A DNA stretch of 64,000 bases from Methanomassiliicoccales archaeon (GCA_026394395.1 JAPKYK010000004.1:44542-108541), one strand, 5' to 3'. Shown: positions 10,271 through 19,718, counted from the first letter of the stretch. Numbers and translations: made by a program. The notes: a model not told the origin generated them from the letters alone.

Positions 10271-10801
10271 ATGGAACCGTTGGACTTGGCCCTGAGGATA
10301 GTGCTCATAGGCCTATGCGTGATAATGTTCATCGTCAGCGTGCAGGCCTTTAAGAGGGCGGGTGGAAGGCGCATGGTGTGGGTGCTGCTTTCGTTCCTAG
10401 GATTCACCGCCCTGTCCCTCCTGGCTCTCCTTGGCGAGGTCTTCGATGATGCTGCCTGGAGCATGCCCAACGCCGTGGTCCTGTTCCTTATCCTTATCAT
10501 TGGCGCGAACTACCTGGCGCTGTTGAGCGTCATCATCCCACAGGCCATAAGAAACGCCTTGCCACCTTACACGAACGAATTCATAACTATGATCAAGGAC
10601 TCGTCCCTGGTCATGACTATAGGGGTCATAGAACTTACGCTGAGGGGCAAGCTGATCAGCGCGCATACCGGCCAGTCCATCCCCGTGCTCATATTCGTAG
10701 CGCTGCTCTACTTCATCATGACCTTCAGCGCCTCGAGAATCATGAAGATGATCGAGAAGAAGTTCGCCATACCTGGCATGATTGGGAGTGATTCAAAATG
10801 A
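10271..10801 (+). CDS. chimeric ORF: unrelated 3-TM N-terminus fused to the C-terminal third of an amino-acid ABC transporter permease (possible pseudogene)
   Basis: From about 10529 the translation reads [28 protein letters not shown]..., the region after the EAA loop of HisM/GlnP-type permeases. The first roughly 135 aa of such permeases are absent. ATGA overlap with the ATPase gene. Confidence 0.6.
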   Translation: MEPLDLALRIVLIGLCVIMFIVSVQAFKRAGGRRMVWVLLSFLGFTALSLLALLGEVFDDAAWSMPNAVVLFLILIIGANYLALLSVIIPQAIRNALPPYTNEFITMIKDSSLVMTIGVIELTLRGKLISAHTGQSIPVLIFVALLYFIMTFSASRIMKMIEKKFAIPGMIGSDSK

Positions 10802-11607
10802 CGGAGCCCATCTTAGAGCTCATTGACGTCAAGAAATCATTCGGTGACAACCATGTCCTGCGCGGCATATCCCTGAAGGTCATGCCCCAGGAGGTCGTCA
10901 CCATCATCGGCCCGAGCGGCAGCGGGAAGAGCACGCTGCTGCGCTGCATGAACCTACTCAATGAACCGGATAGCGGCAAGATAATATTCCTGGGGCACAA
11001 CATCACGGATAAGGACATTGACATCAACGCCGTGCGCACCCAGATGAACATGGTCTTCCAGTGCTTCAATCTCTTCATGCACCTCACCGCCAAGAGGAAC
11101 ATCTCCCTGGCCCTGATGAAGGTCAAGAAAATGAAGAAGGCAGAGGCCGAAGCAGTAGCGCTCAAGACCTTGGAGAAGGTCGGCCTGGCGGACAAGGCGG
11201 ACTCCTACCCAGGCGAGATGTCCGGGGGGCAGCAGCAGCGCGTGGCCATCGCTCGAGCTTTGGCCATGAACCCCAAGGTCATCCTGTTCGACGAACCGAC
11301 GTCGGCGCTGGACCCCGAACTCATCGGAGAGGTGCTGGACGTCATGAAGAAGCTAGCCCTGTCGGGCATGACCATGGTGGTGGTGACGCACGAGATGGGC
11401 TTCGCCCGGGAGATGGCCGATAAGGTGATATTCATGGACCAGGGAGTCATCGCCGAGCAGGGGACTGCGGAGGAGATGTTCGTCAACCCCAAGAACCCCC
11501 GGACCAAGACCTTCCTGAAGAGGATACTGAAGGAAGTGGGCGACATGGACCCGGGAATACCAACCGATTTCGTCCCGAACGGGGACAACGGACAAGACAA
11601 ATGTTAA
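10798..11607 (+). CDS. amino-acid ABC transporter ATP-binding protein (GlnQ/HisP type)
   Basis: Walker [11 protein letters not shown]-loop, signature [15 protein letters not shown], Walker [12 protein letters not shown]. Confidence 0.9.
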   Translation: MTEPILELIDVKKSFGDNHVLRGISLKVMPQEVVTIIGPSGSGKSTLLRCMNLLNEPDSGKIIFLGHNITDKDIDINAVRTQMNMVFQCFNLFMHLTAKRNISLALMKVKKMKKAEAEAVALKTLEKVGLADKADSYPGEMSGGQQQRVAIARALAMNPKVILFDEPTSALDPELIGEVLDVMKKLALSGMTMVVVTHEMGFAREMADKVIFMDQGVIAEQGTAEEMFVNPKNPRTKTFLKRILKEVGDMDPGIPTDFVPNGDNGQDKC

Positions 11608-11737
11608 ATAGGCCAGTAGAAATACAAACGGACCATGTACGCGCTGAGGATTTCGACCGACATTGTTCTGGTCCAACGCGTCTTGGGTATTTGAAAGGGA
11701 AAACCGCAGGTTTTCCCGGTCATCGGTCGGTGTGTTC

Positions 11738-11971
11738 ATGAAAGGATCTATCGTCCTCGGTCTGGCGCTTTTCGGTGTGGCTCAGGGAGGGGCCCGGCGG
11801 CCCAAGAAGCTTATGGACGGCAACGAATGCCATCAGCTTCCCTGGCTCTCCACTCCCAAGTATCCGTGCGGCCAGGACAACGGTCGGGACGACGAGGGGT
11901 ACTACACCCCCATCAAGAAGGAGCACTCCGTCCGTAATTACCAGATACCGATCAAAGGCAAGAAGAAGTGA
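11738..11971 (+). CDS. small hypothetical protein with signal-like N-terminus
   Basis: ATG at 11738 (MKGSIVLGLALFGVAQG...). The stop overlaps the GTG of the next ORF. No homology recognised. Confidence 0.25.
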   Translation: MKGSIVLGLALFGVAQGGARRPKKLMDGNECHQLPWLSTPKYPCGQDNGRDDEGYYTPIKKEHSVRNYQIPIKGKKK

Positions 11972-12351
11972 AGGTCAAGGGGATCGACATGGAAGTCATT
12001 TCGATGGTCGTGAACGACGAGTTCGGGGTCATGCAGAGGATCATGGGGGAGTTCACCCGCCGCAGGATTAACGTGGACACGATCGTCGTCGGGAAGTGCG
12101 AGATCCCCGGCAAGTCCCGCGTGGTGCTCAGCGTCTCGGACCGCAAGGAGGCGGAATGGGCTGTGGACAGCCTGCAGCGGCTGCAGGACATAATCCACGT
12201 CGAGCTGGTGGACGGGACCCGGCAGGAGGCCTATGCCCTGGTGGGCAACGGAACGGCCAAGGCCAGGCTCATCGGCTCCATCGAAGAGGTGGAAAAGATG
12301 TTGCAGGCCACCAACCCGGACAAGTTCATAAGGGCAGTGAACGCCCTCTGA
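11968..12351 (+). CDS. ACT-domain protein resembling acetolactate synthase small subunit (IlvN/IlvH N-domain)
   Basis: VISMVVNDEFGVMQRIMGEFTRRRINVDTIVVG....SRVVLSV pattern. Directly upstream of ilvE. Confidence 0.55.
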   Translation: MKVKGIDMEVISMVVNDEFGVMQRIMGEFTRRRINVDTIVVGKCEIPGKSRVVLSVSDRKEAEWAVDSLQRLQDIIHVELVDGTRQEAYALVGNGTAKARLIGSIEEVEKMLQATNPDKFIRAVNAL

Positions 12352-12360
12352 GGTGTGCTC

Positions 12361-13278
12361 ATGAAAAGCAAGATTTGGATGGACGGCCAGTTGGTGAACT
12401 GGGAGGATGCCAAGGTGCATGTGTTGGCTCATGGGTTCCATTACGGGACCGGGGTCTTCGAGGGCATACGGGTATACCACGTCCCCCAGGGGAAGAACAT
12501 ATTCCGCCTGAGGGACCACATGGTGCGCTTCATGAACTCGGCCAAGGTGCTGCAGATGAAGATGCCCTACACTTTGGACGAACTGTGCGAGGCCTGCCGG
12601 GATGTGGTGCGCACCGCCGACGCCGAGGGAGATTATCTCCGGCCCTTAGCCTTCTACGGGGTGCACCCGGAGTTCAAGATCGGGCTCAACCCCAGCAAGC
12701 TGCCCACGAACGTCAGCATCATCTGCACGCACATGGGTGTGTATATAGGGAAGGACCAGGTGGAGCAGGGCGCCAACATCATCACCTCCTCCTGGGAGAA
12801 GTACAACAACCGCGCCGCCGCCCTTAACGCCAAGGTCTCCGGGCATTACGTGAACTCGGTATTGGCCAAGCTGGAAGCGATACAGCGGGGCTGCGACGAG
12901 GCGCTCATGCTCAACGGCAACGGCAACGTGGCCGAGGGCACCGGGGAGAACGTGTTCATGGTGAAGAAGGGCAAGCTGCTCACGCCGCCAGTCTCCGCCG
13001 GGATACTGGAAGGGATCACCCGGGACTGCGTCATGACCATCGGCCGGGACCTGGGCTACGAGGTCGTGGAGAAGGACATCACCCGCTCCGAGCTGTACAT
13101 GGCCGACGAGGTCTTCATGACCGGGACGGCCGCGGAGATATCCCCCATCCGCTCCATCGACAACCGCCTGGTGGCCGACGGCAGCATCGGCCCCATAACC
13201 AAGGCCCTGAAAGGCAAGTTCACCTCCGCGGTCTCTGGCCAGGAGCCAAAATACAAGGCCTGGTTGGACCTGGTATAG
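12361..13278 (+). CDS. ilvE: branched-chain amino acid aminotransferase
   Basis: Class IV aminotransferase pattern (HGFHYGTGVFEGIR, EGTGENVF, MTGTAAEI). ATG at 12361 is preceded by GAGGTG. Confidence 0.9.
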   Translation: MKSKIWMDGQLVNWEDAKVHVLAHGFHYGTGVFEGIRVYHVPQGKNIFRLRDHMVRFMNSAKVLQMKMPYTLDELCEACRDVVRTADAEGDYLRPLAFYGVHPEFKIGLNPSKLPTNVSIICTHMGVYIGKDQVEQGANIITSSWEKYNNRAAALNAKVSGHYVNSVLAKLEAIQRGCDEALMLNGNGNVAEGTGENVFMVKKGKLLTPPVSAGILEGITRDCVMTIGRDLGYEVVEKDITRSELYMADEVFMTGTAAEISPIRSIDNRLVADGSIGPITKALKGKFTSAVSGQEPKYKAWLDLV

Positions 13279-13359
13279 GTCGATTATCGGGCCGCGAGAA
13301 GGTGCGTAGCCTTTTATCTTGCCGACATCCATCACAACCGACCATCAGGAGGGTCCATA

Positions 13360-13866
13360 ATGAGCAAGACCAAAGACAACCTGCAGACCGCCTTCGCTGG
13401 CGAGTCTCAGGCCAACCGCAAGTACCTGGCCTTCGCCAAGAAGGCCAAGGAGGACAAGTTTCCGGAGGTCGCCAAACTGTTCCGCGCTGCGGCCGATTCG
13501 GAGACCATCCACGCCCTCTACCACTTGAGGGCCATGGGCGGTGTCGGCAGCACCGAGGACAACCTCAAGGCCGCCGTCGGTGGAGAGAACTACGAGCATA
13601 CCAGCATGTATCCGGCCATGATCGAAACGGCCAAAACTGAGGGCGAGCGGGTGGCCAGGACCGGGTTCAGCTACGCCAACCAGGTGGAGAAGGTCCACGA
13701 GGGCCTGTACCAGGCCGCTCTAAGCTCGGTGCAGGCCAACAAGGACCTGCCGAAAAAGAGGCTCTGGGTCTGCCAGATCTGCGGGAACGTCCACGAGGGC
13801 GACGAGCCCCCGGAGAGGTGCTCGGTCTGCGGGAACCCCAAGGACATGTTCAAGGAGACGCTCTGA
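13360..13866 (+). CDS. rubrerythrin
   Basis: Ferritin-like diiron N-domain (ESQANRKY, E..H) plus C-terminal rubredoxin CxxC...CxxC (CQICG...CSVCG). Confidence 0.9.
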   Translation: MSKTKDNLQTAFAGESQANRKYLAFAKKAKEDKFPEVAKLFRAAADSETIHALYHLRAMGGVGSTEDNLKAAVGGENYEHTSMYPAMIETAKTEGERVARTGFSYANQVEKVHEGLYQAALSSVQANKDLPKKRLWVCQICGNVHEGDEPPERCSVCGNPKDMFKETL

Positions 13867-13883
13867 GCGTCCCCCAAACCGCT

Positions 13884-13902
13884 TCCTTTTTTTTCCTTTC
13901 TT
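13884..13902 (+). terminator. oligo-T tract after rubrerythrin
   Basis: TCCTTTTTTTTCCTTTCTT lies 18 nt after the stop codon. Confidence 0.4.
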
Positions 13903-13910
13903 CAAGTAGT

Positions 13911-13920
13911 AATTTAATAT
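13911..13920 (+). promoter_or_regulatory. TATA-like box upstream of the por operon
   Basis: AATTTAATAT lies about 33 nt upstream of the proposed TTG start at 13953. Confidence 0.35.
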
Positions 13921-13952
13921 CGCCTACTGGCCTCTATGGACTAGGTGTTGCC

Positions 13953-14852
13953 TTGTTCGAGGTCCGATTCCATGGTCGCGGGGGGCAGGGGGCGGTCATG
14001 GCCGCCCAGACTTTGGCCGAAGCGGCGGTAATCGAAGGGAGGCACGCTCACGCCTTCCCCTTCTTCGGCGCCGAGCGCCGCGGGGCCCCGGTGATGGCCT
14101 TCGCCCGCATCGATGACGAGAAGATCAGCATCAAGTCCCAGGTCTACGAGCCGGACCTCCTGGTGGTGCTGGACGAGTCGCTTCTGGGCATCGAGCCGGT
14201 GGCCAGAGGGCTGAAGCCGAACGGAAGGGCGGTCATCAACACCCGCAAGCTACCGACGGAACTGGACCTAGGCATCGAGGTGGAATGCGCCACGGTCAAC
14301 GCCAGCGCCATCGCCCTGGAGTTCCTGAAGGCGCCCATCGTGAACACGGCCATACTCGGGGCGGTGGTCAGGATGACCGACCTGGTCACCATGAACTCCA
14401 TGAGGCAGGCCATCGAGAACCGCTTCGGGGAAAAGTTCGGGAAGGACGCCGCCCGGGTCAACACGGCCGCGGCCGCGGCGGCCTACCAACAGGCGGCGGT
14501 CGGAAGATGCAAGGGGATGCGTCCGTTGGTGGCCAAGAAGGAATGGCTTCCAGGGTGGAGAGAGGTGCCCATCGGGACGACCCTGGCCGAGGACAGCGTG
14601 GACGGGGTGATGGTAGGACCGGGCAGCGCCCGCCAGAACCTGACGGGGAGCTGGCGCGTTCAGACCCCCCGCTACGACAAGCAGAAGTGCGTACGCTGCC
14701 TGCGCTGCTGGTTCTCCTGCCCTGAAGGGTGCATCAAGCGGGAGGAGGACGACTACGTCCGCTGGGACCTGAACTACTGCAAGGGTTGCGGCATCTGTTC
14801 GCAAGTATGTCCGGTCAAGGCCATCGACATGGTCAAGGGGGGATCGAGGTGA
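13953..14852 (+). CDS. pyruvate/2-oxoacid:ferredoxin oxidoreductase gamma subunit fused to delta (2x[4Fe-4S]) subunit
   Basis: FEVRFHGRGGQG gamma signature. C-terminus CVRCLRCWFSCP...CKGCGICSQVCP. The TTG start at 13953 is inferred and the long upstream extension in the ORF track looks spurious. Confidence 0.8.
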   Translation: MFEVRFHGRGGQGAVMAAQTLAEAAVIEGRHAHAFPFFGAERRGAPVMAFARIDDEKISIKSQVYEPDLLVVLDESLLGIEPVARGLKPNGRAVINTRKLPTELDLGIEVECATVNASAIALEFLKAPIVNTAILGAVVRMTDLVTMNSMRQAIENRFGEKFGKDAARVNTAAAAAAYQQAAVGRCKGMRPLVAKKEWLPGWREVPIGTTLAEDSVDGVMVGPGSARQNLTGSWRVQTPRYDKQKCVRCLRCWFSCPEGCIKREEDDYVRWDLNYCKGCGICSQVCPVKAIDMVKGGSR

Positions 14853-16024
14853 AGGTTCGGGTCATCAGCGCCGACCACGCCGTGGCCTACGCGGCCAAGC
14901 TGGCCCGCACGGAGGTCGTTCCGTCATTCCCCATCACCCCGCAGACGCTCATCGTGGAGCAGCTGGCCGAGTTCATAAGCGACGGGGAGCTGGACGCGGA
15001 CTTCATCCCGGCCGACAGCGAGCATTCGGTGATGAGCATCGCCATCGGCGCTAGCGCCGGAGGCGTTCGCGTGTTCACCGCCTCGTCCTCGCAGGGACTG
15101 GCGCTCATGCACGAGATGCTGTACGGCGTGCCACAGAACCGTTTGCCGATCGTCATGGCCAACGTGAACCGCAGCCTGGGGGCCGCCTCGGGCATCTGGG
15201 TGGAGTACAACGACTCCATGGCCGAGCGCGATTCCGGCTGGCTTCAAGTTTACGTCGAGGACAACCAGGAAGCGCTGGACGCCACCCTCATGGCCTTCAG
15301 GCTGGCCGAGGACCGGCGAGTGCTCTTGCCGGTCATGGTCTGCCTGGACGGGTTCATTTTATCGCACACGGTGGAGAGGGTGGAGCTGCCGGAGCAGGAA
15401 GAGGTGGACCGTTTCCTGCCACAGTACGAACCGTTGAACATGCTGGACCCCCGGGACCCCAGGCTCATAAACCCGATAGTGCCGCCGGAATACGCCATGG
15501 AGATGCGCTACCAGCTGGACCGGGCGGTGGAGCACTCCCGCGAGGTAATAAATGAGGTGGACGCGGAGTTCGGCAAGGCCTTCGGCCGCTCCTACGGCGG
15601 GCTGATCGACACGTACCGCATGGAGGGCGCGGAGTACGCCATGCTCACGCTGGGGACGGCCACCGGGCTGGCCCGGAGGACCGTCGACAAGCTCCGGGAG
15701 CAGGGGAAGAAGGCCGGTCTGATCAAGCTGCGCTTCATGCGCCCGTTCCCCTTCCAGGAGCTGTGCCAGGCGACCGAGTCGCTTAAAGCTCTCGGCGTCT
15801 TCGACCGCTCCGCCTCCTTCAACGGCGGCGGACCCGTTCATTCCGAAGTGGCGGCGGCGCTGTGCAACGTGCCGGTGAAGGTCACCGGCCACATAGCCGG
15901 AATCGGCGGCAGGGACGTCACGCCGGCGCACATGGGGGAGATGTACGCCATCGTCGAAAGGGCGTCCAGGGGCGAGGACGTGCGCCCGGTGACCTGGCAC
16001 GGCCTCAGGGGGGAGATGGAATGA
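14849..16024 (+). CDS. porA: pyruvate:ferredoxin oxidoreductase alpha subunit
   Basis: Translation VKVRVISADHAVAYAAKLAR...FPITPQT. GTG at 14849 overlaps the upstream stop (GTGA). Confidence 0.9.
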   Translation: MKVRVISADHAVAYAAKLARTEVVPSFPITPQTLIVEQLAEFISDGELDADFIPADSEHSVMSIAIGASAGGVRVFTASSSQGLALMHEMLYGVPQNRLPIVMANVNRSLGAASGIWVEYNDSMAERDSGWLQVYVEDNQEALDATLMAFRLAEDRRVLLPVMVCLDGFILSHTVERVELPEQEEVDRFLPQYEPLNMLDPRDPRLINPIVPPEYAMEMRYQLDRAVEHSREVINEVDAEFGKAFGRSYGGLIDTYRMEGAEYAMLTLGTATGLARRTVDKLREQGKKAGLIKLRFMRPFPFQELCQATESLKALGVFDRSASFNGGGPVHSEVAAALCNVPVKVTGHIAGIGGRDVTPAHMGEMYAIVERASRGEDVRPVTWHGLRGEME

Positions 16025-16995
16025 GCGAGAGAGAGATGAGTACCATCAAGGACATGCCTACGAACGACATGTTCACCAGCGGGCACGGGGCCTGCGCCGG
16101 CTGCGGCATGGCCGTGGCAGTGAAGAATATCATGAGGATACTGGGCGAGAACACCACCGTTTACGTGCCGGCAAGCTGCCTCATCGTCATCAGCGCCATG
16201 TACCCCACCAGCAACTTCCGCACCCCCTATCTCTATACGGCTTTCGAGAACACTGGGGCGGTGATCACCGGGATACGGGCGGCGCAGAGGCGCCGCGGAA
16301 TCGACTCGATCGTCGTCGGCCTGGCCGGGGACGGTGGAACTTTCGACATAGGGCTGCAGGCGCTGTCCGGCGCGGCGGAGCGCAACGAGGACGTGCTCTA
16401 CGTCTGCCTGGATAACGAAGGGTACATGAACACCGGCATACAGCGGAGCGGGGCCACGCCCTTCGGGGCCTGGACCACCACGACGCCGGTGGGGGAGGTC
16501 GTCAAGGGGAAGCGGGAGTTCAAGAAGGACCTCATGGCCATCGTGGCCGCCCATGACCCGGCCTACGCCGCCTCGCTGTCTATAGCCCACTTCAACGACT
16601 TCGTGAAGAAGGTGGAGAAGGCCAAGAACAAGAAGGGCTTCCGCTTCCTGCACGTGATGACGCCGTGCGTGCCCGGCTGGCGCTCCGATTCCTCCATGAC
16701 CGTAGAGATATCGAGACTGGCGGTGGAGACGGGCATGTGGACGCTCTATGAGATCGAGGGGGGCACAGCTCGCACGACATATCGCCCGCAGACCATGCTT
16801 CCGGTCACCGACTACCTGAAGCTGCAAGGTCGCTTCCGCCACATGGAGAACGACGACATCGCCAAGCTGCAGGAGTGGCTGTGCCGGAAGTGGTACTTGC
16901 ACTACGGGTTCGAGGTGGAGCAGCCGGTGTGCGCGGTCTTCGAGAAGCAGAAGCCCCTGCGGCAGCCGCACGAGGAGCAGCTGCACTTCATCTGA
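16021..16995 (+). CDS. porB: pyruvate:ferredoxin oxidoreductase beta subunit (TPP-binding)
   Basis: GHGACAGCG and GDGGTFDIGLQALSGA TPP motifs. ATGA overlap with porA. Confidence 0.9.
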   Translation: MSEREMSTIKDMPTNDMFTSGHGACAGCGMAVAVKNIMRILGENTTVYVPASCLIVISAMYPTSNFRTPYLYTAFENTGAVITGIRAAQRRRGIDSIVVGLAGDGGTFDIGLQALSGAAERNEDVLYVCLDNEGYMNTGIQRSGATPFGAWTTTTPVGEVVKGKREFKKDLMAIVAAHDPAYAASLSIAHFNDFVKKVEKAKNKKGFRFLHVMTPCVPGWRSDSSMTVEISRLAVETGMWTLYEIEGGTARTTYRPQTMLPVTDYLKLQGRFRHMENDDIAKLQEWLCRKWYLHYGFEVEQPVCAVFEKQKPLRQPHEEQLHFI

Positions 16996-16998
16996 GGG

Positions 16999-17628
16999 TC
17001 AGGCAGCCCGGGAGGCCAGGGCTTTGGCCTCCGTCAGGCCTGCCTTGAGCATCTCCAACGTCCCTTCCCGGGACTCATGCCGTAGGTTGCGCTTCCTTGC
17101 GAACTCCCTTGACAGCCCTTCGTAGCGTTCGCGCTCGCCGATGCCCGTGTCGATGAACAAGCATCTCGAGTATCCATCGAACATGATGTCCAGGAACCAT
17201 TCAAGGTCCACGCCCCGTTCCTTGTAGTCAGGCATCTTCGAGGTCAGTTCCTTCTCGAAGTAATCGAGGCCCATCTCGGACACGAACGGGATGTGGTACA
17301 TGGTTCCCGCGCAGACCTTCCTTTCCCGGCTGTACTCCTCAGGGGTGATCAGCGCCCCTATGCAATCGTCGGCGGCGATGGTGGCCGTAGGTACCTCCAA
17401 TTCCCTGACTATGCCCTGAAGGGAGTTGCAGACGCCATATCCAAGGAAGACCGCATCGACCTGCCCCTTGAGGCTGTTGACCTTTCTTACTATCTCCCGT
17501 TTCAGGTCCTGCGGATATGAATGCAGTCCGAATTCCAGGTATTCCTTGTACGTTATGTCCGCATCCTCTTCCGTCAGCATTTCCATCTCCTTCTTGAGGC
17601 ATTCGCAGGCCACGACACCGATTCTCAT
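16999..17628 (-). CDS. DUF1638 family protein
   Basis: Pattern VVACECLKKE...GLH..P..L+...FLGYGVCNSL...DDCIGAL. Confidence 0.7.
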   Translation of the reverse strand: MRIGVVACECLKKEMEMLTEEDADITYKEYLEFGLHSYPQDLKREIVRKVNSLKGQVDAVFLGYGVCNSLQGIVRELEVPTATIAADDCIGALITPEEYSRERKVCAGTMYHIPFVSEMGLDYFEKELTSKMPDYKERGVDLEWFLDIMFDGYSRCLFIDTGIGERERYEGLSREFARKRNLRHESREGTLEMLKAGLTEAKALASRAA

Positions 17629-17699
17629 GTCCTATCTCCGAATGGACCTAAATCATAAGTATATTTTAATATTCCTAAGTACTAATATTCTATTACTAC

Positions 17700-18437
17700 A
17701 TGACCGACGCGAACGAAGAACTGATGAGGAAGATCGAAGAGCTGCGCCGTGAGATGGATTCCATCCACCGGTCCGTCAGCTCCCTTAGGTACGACGGGAT
17801 GACCGCAGCCTTCCGGGAGCAGATCGGAGGATCGTTCCTAAATCTGAACCGGGAGGCTTTCCGGGCCGCCATGGGTCAGGAGGACGCTCGGTCATCCCAA
17901 TCCAAAGAAGCCTTGTCGCAGCTGTCCGCCATATATGACGATGCCATGAGCTGCTTCGAGAGGGACGACCCCAACAGAGGGATAGATAGACTGGAGGAGC
18001 TCCGTCCCCTGCTGTCGGAGGCCTCCGTACCGGTCATCGGCCCAGACCTCGCTCGGGTCCTTTCCGCGGTGGTGAAGAGGGCCAGGGACCAGATGGCCAT
18101 GATGGAGACCCTGCGCTTCCGGGTGGGCCGCCCCATGCTCAGGCGCTCTTGCGAGAGCGCATTCGGTGGGCTGGAACCGGAGGATTTGGAGATCTTGCTC
18201 GCCCCCCTCTCCAACGCTACCCGGCTGAAGATAATGGCGTTGCTCTACATCAGCCCGCGAAGCTTCACGGAGATGAGCCAGGAGATAGGGTTGCAGAAGG
18301 GGCACATGCAATTCCATCTCAGAAAGCTGGTGGACGCCGGCTACGTGAAGGTGGATCGCCGGACGCACCTCTACTCCATCGAGGAGAAGGGCTTCGTCGC
18401 CATCGACGGCCTGGGCCGGCTGTTCTCCCGCCTCTGA
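17700..18437 (+). CDS. ArsR-type winged-helix transcriptional regulator with long helical N-terminal domain
   Basis: C-terminal NATRLKIMALL...SFTEMSQEIGLQKGHMQFHLRKLVDAGYV wHTH. Confidence 0.7.
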   Translation: MTDANEELMRKIEELRREMDSIHRSVSSLRYDGMTAAFREQIGGSFLNLNREAFRAAMGQEDARSSQSKEALSQLSAIYDDAMSCFERDDPNRGIDRLEELRPLLSEASVPVIGPDLARVLSAVVKRARDQMAMMETLRFRVGRPMLRRSCESAFGGLEPEDLEILLAPLSNATRLKIMALLYISPRSFTEMSQEIGLQKGHMQFHLRKLVDAGYVKVDRRTHLYSIEEKGFVAIDGLGRLFSRL

Positions 18438-18454
18438 TACGATGAACGGGCGTT

Positions 18455-18571
18455 TCAGTCCTTGGACAAGGCCACGGCCAGCAGCACCACTACGCCGATG
18501 ACGGCCAGAGCGTCACCGAGCACGGCGAGGCCCGCTCCGATCAAGCAGATTCTCTTGCGCGCGTCTTTCAT
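18455..18571 (-). CDS. possible 38-aa single-TM micro-protein
   Basis: My own translation is MKDARKRICLIGAGLAVLGDALAVIGVVVLLAVALSKD. A TATA-like TTATATAAAAAA lies upstream on the minus strand. Below the ORF-track size cutoff. Confidence 0.3.
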   Translation of the reverse strand: MKDARKRICLIGAGLAVLGDALAVIGVVVLLAVALSKD

Positions 18572-18753
18572 AATGGTTGCACCGATCTCCAGGAAGGCCC
18601 GAAGAGCATTAATATCTTGCACATCTTTTTTATATAACGAGAAGATGCGTCAGCCAGCTCCATTGGATCAACGTTCATCCGCGACACGGAGGGTGTGGAT
18701 AACCCTTTTATATGACCACTCCTTTGAGCGTTCCTGCTCTTATGAGCCTGTGA

Positions 18754-18782
18754 ATGATGAGGATGTCTTGAACATCGGAAGG
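18754..18782 (+). promoter_or_regulatory. box-C-like AUGAUGA plus hairpin plus GA element in the rpl7ae leader (candidate K-turn)
   Basis: In ATGATGA-GGATGT-CTTGA-ACATC-GGAAGG, a 5-bp stem (18762-66/18772-76) is flanked by GA (18759-60) and GA (18778-79). It abuts the GGAGG Shine-Dalgarno sequence. Confidence 0.3.
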
Positions 18783-18792
18783 AGGTATAAAT

Positions 18793-19164
18793 TTGGCAAA
18801 AGCTGTATTCGTTAGGTTCGAACTGCCCAAGGAACTCAAGGACAAGGCCTATGAGGTCGTGGAGCTGGCCCGGGACACCGGCAAGCTCAAGAAGGGCACC
18901 AATGAGGTTACAAAGATCGTGGAGCGCGGAGAGGCCGTCCTGGTCGTTCTGGCCGAGGACGTTCAGCCCCCGGAAATTCTGGCCCACATGCCTATGCTGT
19001 GCGAAGAGAGGAACATTCCCTACGTCTACGTAGACAGCAAGGCCCAGCTGGGAAACTCCTGCGGACTGGAGAAGCCCACCGCTTCCATAGCGATCATCGA
19101 CGCCGGAAAGGGCAAGCCCATCCTGGAAAGCCTGGTCGATCAGGTCAAGAAGATAAAGGGCTAA
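18793..19164 (+). CDS. rpl7ae: ribosomal protein L7Ae
   Basis: KLKKGTNEVTKIVERGEA.LVVLAEDV.P.EI..H.P.LCEE..IPY.YV signature. TTG start. Confidence 0.95.
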   Translation: MAKAVFVRFELPKELKDKAYEVVELARDTGKLKKGTNEVTKIVERGEAVLVVLAEDVQPPEILAHMPMLCEERNIPYVYVDSKAQLGNSCGLEKPTASIAIIDAGKGKPILESLVDQVKKIKG

Positions 19165-19176
19165 AGGGGTTAGGAA

Positions 19177-19389
19177 ATGGCTGAAGACGATAGCATCCCT
19201 TCAGAGGTCGTGGAGGTAATCGGCAGGACGGGCATGACCGGGGAGGCCACCCAGGTCAAGGTCCGCGTGCTGGACGGCCGAGATAAGGGAAGGATTATCA
19301 CCAGGAACATCATGGGACCGGTCCGCATGGGCGACATCCTGATGCTCAGGGAGACGTCCAGAGAGGCTAGGAAGCTCTCCCTAAGGTAA
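19177..19389 (+). CDS. rps28e: ribosomal protein S28e
   Basis: 70 aa. [20 protein letters not shown]...[17 protein letters not shown]. Confidence 0.95.
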   Translation: MAEDDSIPSEVVEVIGRTGMTGEATQVKVRVLDGRDKGRIITRNIMGPVRMGDILMLRETSREARKLSLR

Positions 19390-19401
19390 GGAGGTCATCA
19401 C

Positions 19402-19713
19402 ATGGTCGAGCAACACTTATGCTCCTTCTGCGGCGAGCAGATCGAGCCCGGAACCGGCAAGATGTACGTCAGGAAGGATGGCACCGTATTCCTCTTCTGC
19501 ACCAACAAGTGCTACAAGAACATGGTGGAGCTGAAGAGGGTGCCCAGGAACATCACCTGGACCAAGGCCTACGCCGCCAAGAAGGGCATCAGCCGAGCGG
19601 TTAAGGAGAAGGCCGAGCAGAAGGCCGAGGAAAAGACCGAGGCCAAGGTCGAGCCGAAGGTCAAAGCCAAGGCCAAGACCAAGGCTGAGGCCAAGACCGA
19701 AGCGAAGGAGTGA
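19402..19713 (+). CDS. rpl24e: ribosomal protein L24e with K/A/E-rich C-terminal tail
   Basis: [27 protein letters not shown] zinc-ribbon core, followed by about 40 aa of KAE repeats. Confidence 0.9.
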   Translation: MVEQHLCSFCGEQIEPGTGKMYVRKDGTVFLFCTNKCYKNMVELKRVPRNITWTKAYAAKKGISRAVKEKAEQKAEEKTEAKVEPKVKAKAKTKAEAKTEAKE

Positions 19714-19718
19714 GCCCA

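Noticed and set aside
18462-18987. ORFs 18462-18815 (+) and 18568-18987 (-) in the region upstream of rpl7ae.
   Set aside because: They run through promoter-like AT-rich DNA and into the rpl7ae CDS in a wrong frame or strand. The composition is atypical and no motifs are recognised.
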